A stretch of 43,179 bases of DNA from an uncultured bacterium (GTDB taxonomy: Bacteria > Auribacterota > Erginobacteria > Erginobacterales > Erginobacteraceae), in contig CAWGIE010000038.1 of assembly GCA_963822585.1 (NCBI GenBank), positions 1 to 43,179 on the forward strand, read 5' to 3'. Under the pieces are notes generated by a model that saw only the letters and a list, made by a program, of their open reading frames with translations, was not told the origin of the DNA and did no database searches. Both the position numbers and the translations under genes were made by a program. Positions 35,902-43,179 of the stretch are shown here, piece after piece (the stretch's first letter is position 1; each line of letters begins with the position of its first letter).

Positions 35902-37785
35902 TTATTTTTTATGTCTGAGTTTCGCGCTCATCCAGATCGCATAGACGGCGAAGGAGATGAAGAAGCCGCTGAACCAGGCATAAAGATAGAAGGTCTTGAA
36001 AAATTGGGGGACGATGGCAGCAAACGTCTGCGGGGCGATCTCGGCCATAAAACCCGGGATATTGGGGAGCACCCCCAGAATGAAGGAGATGATCCCGACC
36101 CAGTTGAAGCCGCCGGAAAACGTATAGGGGCCGTCTACCGCGTAGAGGCCGGCCAGGTCGAGCCGGCGCCGCCGGACGACGTAGAAATCGGCAATCATCA
36201 CCCCGGCCACGCCCCCCATCAGAGCCGAGTAACCGATCAGCCAGGTGAAGATAAAACTCCCGGCCGTCGCCAGCAGTTTCCAGGGCATCATCACGATCCC
36301 GATGACCCCGGTGATCAGCCCTCCCATCCGGAAGGAAATCTTGCGGGGCGCGATATTGGAGAATCCGTTCGCCGGCGCCACCACGTTGGCCGCGATGTTG
36401 GTGGTCAGGGTGGCGACGGCGAGGACCGCCATCGAGAGGACAACCATCCAGGGGATCTTGAAGTGGGAAAGCAGGGCCACCGGGTCCCAGGGGGCGTCCT
36501 CCTGGGTCAGGATGTTGGGAAAAGCGATCAGGGCGGCGCAGGTGGCGACCACGCCCACGAAAGCGTACAGGGTCATCGTGGTGGGAAGACCGATGGCCTG
36601 GCCGACGATCTGGTCCTTCTGGGATTTCGCGTACCGGGTAAAGTCGGGGATGTTCAGGGAGAGGGTAGCCCAGTAACCGACCATGGCGGTGAGAGCGGGG
36701 AAGAAAGCGATAAAGAGCCAGGGCCCCGCGGGGCCGCTCTCCTGCCTCTGGGCCGATCCGAGTACGATGGAGGTGGCGGCCGGATCTTTTAAGCTTCCCA
36801 GCAGCGCGCCGACGGTGAGCTGGTCGGCGCCCTCCTTCCAGTCAACAGTGAATTCCGGCCGGTACGGTTCCCATTCCAGATCGGCCAGGGCCCTGGTGAC
36901 GGCGGATTGGTTCATCTGGCCGGGGAGAACGACGATTTTCATTCTTTCCACCCGGCAGACCCCGTCTCTTTCCCGCAACGGATCCAGCGTCACCTTCACG
37001 CAGGTCTCCTGCCGGGTCAGGGTTATGGTCGGCTGGAGAAAGAGTTTCGAGTTCTTCAGGACCGAGGCCAGTCCGCCCCCGGTATGGATCGCCCAGACGA
37101 AGAGTGCGACCCCGACCAGGATCAGGGCCGGGGCGGCCAGGGACTCGAACCATTTGATCGATTCCACTCCGCGCAGGACGATGATCATATGGAGGGCCCA
37201 GAAGAAGAGGAAACAGAGGAGTTCTCCCCCGTTGATCCCGATAAAGGTCGCGGTGAGACCGGGCCAGAGGTTGTTGAGATTGGGGAGGAAGATCAGGGCC
37301 AGGGTATAGATGGCGGCCCCCCCGATCCAGACCTGGATCCCGAACCAGCCGCAGGCCACCAGCCCGCGCAGGATGGAGGGGATCTGGGCGCCCCGGGTCC
37401 CGAATGAAGAGCGGATCAGCACCGGGAACGGTATCCCGTACTTGGTTCCGGGGATGGCGTTCAGGCAGAGCGGGATCAGGACGATGGCGTTGCCGAGCAG
37501 GATGGCCCAGAGGGCCTGGCCCCAGTTCAGCCCCGTCTTCATCAGGCTGGCCGCCAGCATGTAGGTGGGGATGCAGACGCTGATCCCCACCCAGAGCGAG
37601 GCGATATTCCAGGTGTTCCAGGTCCGCTCTTTCACCGGGACCGGCAGGATATCCTTGTTGGCCAGGGGCGACGAAGAGACGTCGACGGTCAGCTCGTACA
37701 TCCCGTGAACCTCCCGCTCGGTGGCGGGGGTCTTCTGCTCGGGACTCCGGTTAACGCCGGGGGTGTTCTCTTTTTGTTCGGTCAT
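35902..37785 (-). CDS. NCS1 nucleobase:cation symporter with a ~110-aa soluble insertion
   Basis: RTW..WN, GIPFPV..RSSFG, ACGWFGIQ, WATLSLNIPDFTRY, N.AAN, MMPWKL; RBS GGGAGG. Confidence 0.93.
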   Translation of the reverse strand: MTEQKENTPGVNRSPEQKTPATEREVHGMYELTVDVSSSPLANKDILPVPVKERTWNTWNIASLWVGISVCIPTYMLAASLMKTGLNWGQALWAILLGNAIVLIPLCLNAIPGTKYGIPFPVLIRSSFGTRGAQIPSILRGLVACGWFGIQVWIGGAAIYTLALIFLPNLNNLWPGLTATFIGINGGELLCFLFFWALHMIIVLRGVESIKWFESLAAPALILVGVALFVWAIHTGGGLASVLKNSKLFLQPTITLTRQETCVKVTLDPLRERDGVCRVERMKIVVLPGQMNQSAVTRALADLEWEPYRPEFTVDWKEGADQLTVGALLGSLKDPAATSIVLGSAQRQESGPAGPWLFIAFFPALTAMVGYWATLSLNIPDFTRYAKSQKDQIVGQAIGLPTTMTLYAFVGVVATCAALIAFPNILTQEDAPWDPVALLSHFKIPWMVVLSMAVLAVATLTTNIAANVVAPANGFSNIAPRKISFRMGGLITGVIGIVMMPWKLLATAGSFIFTWLIGYSALMGGVAGVMIADFYVVRRRRLDLAGLYAVDGPYTFSGGFNWVGIISFILGVLPNIPGFMAEIAPQTFAAIVPQFFKTFYLYAWFSGFFISFAVYAIWMSAKLRHKK

Positions 37786-37839
37786 GTCGGTTCCTCCCGA
37801 ATGTTATTTTACTTCGTAAGAACTTAGCTTCGCAACTGA

Positions 37840-37993
37840 GGGAGGGCACGGCGGCCCTCCCCTACGTAGGGGCCGATCGCTGTGTCGGCCCGATTTATTG
37901 AAATTCCGAAGCAGGAACTTAGCGCCTTCGGCGCAACTTCGTAGCGGCGACCTTCAGGTCGCCACTTGATGGCAGCCTAAAGGCTGCCGCTAC
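37840..37993. repeat. GTAG REP-like palindromes and a doublet
   Basis: gggagggc..gccctcccctac, gtaggggccga..tcggccc, gtagcggcgaccttcaggtcgcc / ggcagcctaaaggctgccgctac. Confidence 0.8.
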
Positions 37994-38112
37994 GACCTTT
38001 ATGAAAATCTTCAATTTTAAAAAACCGCCGATTACCTTAATAAAAACCATCCGGGAAGTCAACTGAACGAGCCGGTGACGGGTGATTTTTCATGGGAAAA
38101 ATCGCATTCGCG

Positions 38113-38141
38113 TTGACAAGCGGAGAATTAATTTGTATCTT
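38113..38141 (+). promoter_or_regulatory. Sigma70-type promoter for the DUF1116-cyclase-XDH genes
   Basis: TTGACA-17 nt-TATCTT. Confidence 0.7.
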
Positions 38142-38178
38142 GATTTCCGCAGCAATAATTTCCCTAAATAATTATTAG

Positions 38179-38271
38179 CCACCAAGGCACCAAGTCACCA
38201 AGAAAGGAGATCAAAGAGTAAAATACTCACCTTATTTTGTTTTTTCTTGGTGTCTTGGTGTCTTGGTGGCA
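38179..38271. repeat. Family A inverted pair inside the predicted 5' UTR
   Basis: gccaccaaggcaccaagtcaccaagaaa / tttcttggtgtcttggtgtcttggtggc. Confidence 0.85.
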
Positions 38272-38310
38272 AAACTTACGAGCTAAGCGTGTTAATTTAT
38301 AAGGAGGTGT

Positions 38311-39564
38311 ATGATGGTAGATATCGCTAAAGCCAATGAACAGGCGCTGAAGAAGCTGCTGGAGGCGCGACCCTTCTGGGTCGACATCCAGCCGGCGATC
38401 GACTGCGTCCCCGGGATGAAGAAGAACCTCATCCTCCATGCCGGACCGCCGGTTACCTGGGACCGGATGTGCGGCCCCCAGCGAGGAGCCGTCATCGGGG
38501 CCCTGATCTACGAGGGCATGGCCAAGAATCCCGAGGAAGCGGAGAAACTGGCCGCCTCCGGCGAGATCGAGTACGATCCCTGTCATCATCACGATACCGT
38601 CGGGCCGATGGCCGGGATCGTCTGCGCCTCGATGCCGATGATCGTGACCGAGGACGAGGTCACCGGACAAAAGGCTTATCAAAGCCTTAACGAGGGCATC
38701 GGCAAGGTCCTGCGGATGGGGGCTTACGATGACGAGGTCATCGAACGGCTGAAGTGGATGGAACGGGTGCTGGGACCGGTCTACCAGAAAGCGATCCGCA
38801 AAGCCGGCAAGATCGACCTCAAGAATATCATGGCCCAGGCCATCCAGATGGGCGATGAACTCCATAACCGGAGCCGGGCGGCATCCTACATCCTCTTTAC
38901 CAAAACCGCCCCCTATATCCTGGAGACCCTGGATCAGAAGAAACTCCCGGAGACCATCGAGGCCCTGAAGTTCATGGAGGCCAACATCCACACCTTCCTC
39001 GGCTTCGCCATGACCAGCGCCAAGGTCAGCCTGATGGCGGCCGAGAACATCGAGGGCAGCTCGATGGTCACGGTGATGGCCCGCAACGGCACCGACTGGG
39101 GGATCCAGGTCAGCGGCCTGGGCACGCAGTGGTTCACCTGCCAATCGCCGATACCGGAAGTGCTCCTCTTTCCGGGCTTTACCAAGGAAGACGTGGGGCG
39201 CGACATCGGCGACTCCGCCATCATGGAGACTTACGGGATCGGGGGGTGCGCCCTGGCCGCCTCGCCGGCGATCGTCCAGTTCGTCGGCGGCACCTACGAC
39301 CTGGCCGTCTCCAAGACCATGGACATGTACGAGATCACCCTGGGGGAAAACAACATCTACCAGATCCCCTCGCTGGACTTCCGGGGGTCCCCCACCGGGA
39401 TCGACATCATCAAGGTGGTCCAGAAGAACCTGCCCCCCTTCATCGACACCGGCGTCGCCCACAAGGACCCCGGCGTCGGCCAGGTGGGAGCCGGCCTCTG
39501 CGACGCCCCCATGGAAGTCTTCAAAAAGGCCGTGGTGGCCTTTTCCAAGAAATATGCAAAATAA
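38311..39564 (+). CDS. DUF1116 protein (YlbE/AllG/YahG family)
   Basis: ILHAGPP, VGPMAG, NEGIGKVLRMGA, MGDELHNR, ARNG, DIGDSAIMETYGIGG, GVAHK..GVGQVGAG; RBS AAGGAGGT. Confidence 0.93.
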   Translation: MMVDIAKANEQALKKLLEARPFWVDIQPAIDCVPGMKKNLILHAGPPVTWDRMCGPQRGAVIGALIYEGMAKNPEEAEKLAASGEIEYDPCHHHDTVGPMAGIVCASMPMIVTEDEVTGQKAYQSLNEGIGKVLRMGAYDDEVIERLKWMERVLGPVYQKAIRKAGKIDLKNIMAQAIQMGDELHNRSRAASYILFTKTAPYILETLDQKKLPETIEALKFMEANIHTFLGFAMTSAKVSLMAAENIEGSSMVTVMARNGTDWGIQVSGLGTQWFTCQSPIPEVLLFPGFTKEDVGRDIGDSAIMETYGIGGCALAASPAIVQFVGGTYDLAVSKTMDMYEITLGENNIYQIPSLDFRGSPTGIDIIKVVQKNLPPFIDTGVAHKDPGVGQVGAGLCDAPMEVFKKAVVAFSKKYAK

Positions 39565-39569
39565 CAATT

Positions 39570-39786
39570 AAACCACGAAGGTCACGAAGGACACGAAGGG
39601 ATAAAGATATCTGAATAGGCATACAAAGGAGATCAGGCAATCAGGAAATCAGTTGGCAGGATATCAGGTTAACAGGATATCAGACACCCGGCACCGGGCA
39701 CCCGATCCTCTGATTTTCTGATCCTCTTCCCACTGATAATCTGATTTTCCGATATCCATTCTTGGTGCCTTGGTGTCTTGGTGGCA
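39570..39786. repeat. Family A pair enclosing a family D element
   Basis: aaccacgaaggtcacgaaggacacgaagg ... atcagg element ... tcttggtgccttggtgtcttggtggc. Confidence 0.85.
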
Positions 39787-39804
39787 AAAAAAAGGAGGAG
39801 AGTT

Positions 39805-41469
39805 ATGAGCAAGGGTATTATTGAAATCCTGAAGAAAGCCAAGTGGTACGACCTGACCTCGCCGCTGAGCATCTTCACGGCCCCCTGGCCGGGAGAATCG
39901 CCGCTGCAGATCCAGTTCTTCAAGCGGCTGACCGGATCGTTCATCGGCGGCGCCGGCGCCAACGGCCAGCTGATCGAGTGGTCCAACAACACCGGGACCC
40001 ACCTGGTCGGCCCCACCGCCTTCCACTCCGGGATGCGGTCGATCAACGACATCCCCCTGGAGGACGTCTGCGGCGAGGGAGTGGTGGTCGATATCTCCGA
40101 CGAGGTATCCGATTACAGTCTCTACACGCCGGAGATGATCGAGAAGCGGGTCAAGATCAAGGAAGGGGACATCCTGATCATCAACACCGGTTATCACAAG
40201 TTCGGCTACGATCAGCCGGACGTCAAGAACCGGAAGGCCCAGGGCGGGATCGAGAACAAGGAGTTCGGCTACCTGGTCCGCCATCCGGGTCCGGGGCCCG
40301 GCTTCTTCGAATGGGCCCTGAAGAAGAAGATCAAGCTGATCGGTGTCGACTGCGGCTGCGCCGAGCACCCGATGAACACCAACATCCGCTATATGCACGA
40401 GCGTGAGTTCGCCAAGGCCGAAGCCAAGCTGAAGAAGGACTATGGCAAGACCTGGGACCAGATGTTCCCGCCCGACAAGTACTACAAGCTGACCCATATC
40501 ACCATGCCCAAGGCAGGTCTGCTCCTGGCGGAATCGCTGGGCGGCGAGATCAAGAAGCTGAAAAACCAGCGGGCCTGGATCATGGTCCACCCCATCCCCT
40601 TCTGCGAGGTCGAGTCGGCCTGGTCGAGAGTCGTCGCCGTTCGTCCGCCCAAGGGGATGAGCGACCGGGCCTTCTTCGCCCGGATGAAACGGGAGAAGAT
40701 GTACGACATGTCCATCCCCTTCAGCGTTCAGACGCCGCAGTGGGCCAACTACATCCCGCTGATCGTTCAGTACACCAAGCGGGTCGGCGGACAGTACTTC
40801 GGCCTCGGCCGGAACAACGCCCACTGCAAGGCCAGCTTCCACCTGAGCTGCCACATGGACGGCGAGAAGCACTTCCACATGGGCGGCCGGACGATCGGCC
40901 AGATGCCGATGGACGTCTGGATCGGACCCGGCGCGGTCGCCGACATCTCCAAGATGGTCAGTGACACCAGCGTCTACACCCCGGCCATGGTCGAAAAGGT
41001 GGTCGATGTCAAGAAAGGCGACATCCTGATCATCAAGACCGGATATTACAAGTACGGCTGGGTCAGTCCGGATTCGGACGAGTTCCGTTACATGATCCGC
41101 CACCCGGGCCCCTCGCCCGATTTCGCCGACTGGTGCATCAAGAAGGACATCAAGTGGCTGGGGATCGACTGCGTGGCCATGGAGCACCCGATGAACACCA
41201 TCCAGCGGAACTGGCATCCCAAGACCTTCGCCGAGGCCGACCGGAAGCTGAAAGAGGCCTTCGGGAAATCCTGGGACGAGATGTACCCGCTGGACAAGTT
41301 CTATCAGGACATGCACCTGAACCTTTTCCCCAAGGGGATCATCCACGCCGAGAACCTGGGGAAAGAGATCGCCGATATGAAGAGCGGCCGTTACTTCATC
41401 GGCTGTTTCATTCAGAAAGGCATGGAACTAGCCTCCTGCTGGGCCCGCTTCGTCGCCTGGAAGGAGTAA
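39805..41469 (+). CDS. Tandem two-domain cyclase-family (kynurenine formamidase-like) metallohydrolase
   Basis: Internal duplication (KEGDILIINTGY / KKGDILIIKTGY; RHPGP; EHPMNT); RBS AAGGAGG. Confidence 0.9.
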   Translation: MSKGIIEILKKAKWYDLTSPLSIFTAPWPGESPLQIQFFKRLTGSFIGGAGANGQLIEWSNNTGTHLVGPTAFHSGMRSINDIPLEDVCGEGVVVDISDEVSDYSLYTPEMIEKRVKIKEGDILIINTGYHKFGYDQPDVKNRKAQGGIENKEFGYLVRHPGPGPGFFEWALKKKIKLIGVDCGCAEHPMNTNIRYMHEREFAKAEAKLKKDYGKTWDQMFPPDKYYKLTHITMPKAGLLLAESLGGEIKKLKNQRAWIMVHPIPFCEVESAWSRVVAVRPPKGMSDRAFFARMKREKMYDMSIPFSVQTPQWANYIPLIVQYTKRVGGQYFGLGRNNAHCKASFHLSCHMDGEKHFHMGGRTIGQMPMDVWIGPGAVADISKMVSDTSVYTPAMVEKVVDVKKGDILIIKTGYYKYGWVSPDSDEFRYMIRHPGPSPDFADWCIKKDIKWLGIDCVAMEHPMNTIQRNWHPKTFAEADRKLKEAFGKSWDEMYPLDKFYQDMHLNLFPKGIIHAENLGKEIADMKSGRYFIGCFIQKGMELASCWARFVAWKE

Positions 41470-41535
41470 TGCGGTAACTCCGCCGCACGGTTGGCAAAAT
41501 CAAGCGGCTGGATCAGTTTCAGGTTGTGCTGAAAA

Positions 41536-41774
41536 GGAGTAATGGAGTGGTGGAGTAGTGGAGTGATGGGGCTTTTGCACGTCACCCATTACTCCATCAC
41601 TCCATCATTCCATGTTTATTAGAGAACATTTCTTGCATAATATTACTTAAAAATCGAGCGGTAAGATCTACTGCCTTCTATAATCGAAATGGAGTAATGG
41701 CGTGGTGGAGTAGTGGAGTGATGGACTTTTGCCCGACACCCATTATTCCATCATTCCATCACTCCATCACTCCC
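41536..41774. repeat. Two family B octamer inverted pairs
   Basis: 41536-41612 and 41690-41774: ggagtaatgg.gtggtggagtagtggagtgatgg / ccatta.tccatca.tccatca. Confidence 0.88.
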
Positions 41775-41846
41775 TGTAACTCAAAGCTGGATGTCCGTAA
41801 TCCATGACGTAATAGAATATCCTTTAAATATAGATAGGAGGTTTTC

Positions 41847-42734
41847 ATGGCCATCGCGCAGGAGTTCGAATATTACAAACCCTCGTCTGTCGGCAAGGCC
41901 GTGGAGCTGAAGAATAAGTTCGGCGCCAGGGCCCGTTTTTTAGCCGGGGGCACCGACCTGATCAACAACCTCACCGAAGAAGCGGTCCGGCCGGAGGCGG
42001 TCATCGACCTGAAAGGCATCCGGGCCTTGAAGCGGCTGGAGCTGGAAAAGGACGGCTTGTTCCTGGGGGCCCTGGTCACCTTCAGCGACCTGACCGATTC
42101 CAAGGTGGTCAAGAAACACTACCCCCTCCTCTGGGAAGCGGCCGGCGAAGTGGCCTCCCGGGGCGTCCGCAACCGGGCCACGGTGGCCGGAAACATCTGC
42201 TCCTGCGTCCCCTGCATGGACAGCGCCCCCGCCCTGGTAGCCTACGACGCCGCGGCCATCATCCGGTCGCCTTCCGGCGAGCGTATCTGTCCGGCCGAAG
42301 AATTTTTCCTCGGGCCGCGCAAGACCTGCCTGAACGACGACGAACTGCTGGTGGGCCTGCGACTCCCCCTCCCCAAAAAACACGGGGCCAGCTATATCAA
42401 GCAGAAGAGATACCGGGGCGAGGACCTGGCCCAGTCGGACGTGGCCGTGCTGGCTCTCCCCCGTAACGACTACCGGATCGTCTTCGGCTCCGTCGGGCCG
42501 ACACCGATCCGTTCCGCAAAGATCGAGAAGCTTCTGCGGGGGAAGAAACTCACTCCCGCCTTAATCACCCGGGCCAAAAACCTGGTCGGGGGGGAGATCG
42601 CCCCCATTGCCGATATCCGTTCCAGCAAGGAGTATCGGGTGATCATGTGTCAGGTGATGCTGGCAAGGGCCCTGCAGGCCGCCGCCGCCCGTCTCAAAGG
42701 CACCGGGCCGAAATACGGAACCAGCTTAATTTAG
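41847..42734 (+). CDS. Xanthine dehydrogenase family FAD-binding subunit (CoxM-like)
   Basis: FEYYKP, AGGTDL, RNRATVAGN, DIRSSKEYR. Confidence 0.93.
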   Translation: MAIAQEFEYYKPSSVGKAVELKNKFGARARFLAGGTDLINNLTEEAVRPEAVIDLKGIRALKRLELEKDGLFLGALVTFSDLTDSKVVKKHYPLLWEAAGEVASRGVRNRATVAGNICSCVPCMDSAPALVAYDAAAIIRSPSGERICPAEEFFLGPRKTCLNDDELLVGLRLPLPKKHGASYIKQKRYRGEDLAQSDVAVLALPRNDYRIVFGSVGPTPIRSAKIEKLLRGKKLTPALITRAKNLVGGEIAPIADIRSSKEYRVIMCQVMLARALQAAAARLKGTGPKYGTSLI

Positions 42735-42748
42735 AATGAGACTGAATT

Positions 42749-43112
42749 AACCACGAAGGACACGAAGAACACGAAGAAATAAATAGTTGAAAAGAATCAT
42801 TCATTGTTTTTATAAACTCCTTCATATTCTTCATGTCCTTCATGGTTATAAATAGGGGGCGAGGCGGGGGAGCAATCAGTGTAATCTGTGAAATCTGTGG
42901 ATTCAAAAGGGGCCGAGGGGGGGCCACGAATCTTATCCAATCACATTCAATCGTCTGTTAAATAAGGGGCCGAGGCGGAGGGAACGTTAATTTTCTTGGT
43001 GTTTCTTGGTGCCTTGGTGTCTTGGTGGCAAATAAAGGGGGCGAGGTAGAGGGAAGCAAAGCTTATCCAATCACATTCAATCGTCTGTTTAATAAAGGGG
43101 CCGAGGGGGGGG
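42749..43112. repeat. Composite repeat field: family A pair, ATCTGTG-type repeat, duplicated cttatccaatcacattcaatcgtctgtt
   Basis: aaccacgaaggacacgaagaacacgaag / cttcatattcttcatgtccttcatggtt; several aggggccgagg units; 28-bp direct repeat at ~42932 and ~43062. Confidence 0.85.
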
Positions 43113-43157
43113 AGCTATAATATAGTGTATTATTAATCATCTGATTATTCAGGAGGA

Positions 43158-43179
43158 ATGATGAAGAAGACAATTACAC
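43158..43179 (+). CDS. 5' end of a truncated CDS, probably the XDH 2Fe-2S subunit
   Basis: AGGAGG then ATG ATG AAG AAG ACA ATT ACA (MMKKTIT); identity inferred from context only. Confidence 0.5.

Overview
A 43 kb window from a diderm, probably anaerobic bacterium, with GC-rich genes and AT-rich, repeat-laden intergenic DNA. It has four gene blocks. (1) 1.7-11.6 kb: a lipid-trafficking locus with an HpnN/MMPL RND transporter, a PhnD/SsuA-type binding protein and a TatT-like TPR lipoprotein, the same family trio and order as the BstABC sterol-transport system. Beside it are an HpnB/CrtQ-like GT2, an HpnA-like SDR, a secreted protein and a FadL-type outer-membrane channel; no triterpene cyclase is in the window. 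(2) 11.9-17.7 kb: fba, an atypical CDF, an ACT protein and a fused phosphate acyltransferase-butyrate kinase. (3) 18.1-32 kb: a YigM-like transporter, a Na+-pumping methylmalonyl-CoA decarboxylase-type operon, birA, a P-loop/Asp23 fusion, a cysteine desulfurase, an archaeal-type pyrF, a LOG protein, a thioesterase and a BioB-like radical SAM gene. (4) 32.4-43.2 kb: a divergent nucleobase-catabolism cluster with FdrA, an unannotated 56-aa FdrA/YahG module, DUF2877, an NCS1 transporter carrying a large inserted domain, DUF1116, a tandem cyclase with one degenerate site and XDH subunits. Most intergenic regions hold inverted pairs of 7-9-bp periodic repeats from about ten families. A GxxExxY nuclease-family gene sits exactly inside one pair of the commonest family, suggesting a nuclease-plus-repeat mobile system analogous to RAYT/REP. 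Two genes carry single-base frameshifts that may be sequencing errors. No rRNA, tRNA or CRISPR array was seen. All family assignments come from motif recognition; no database search was run.
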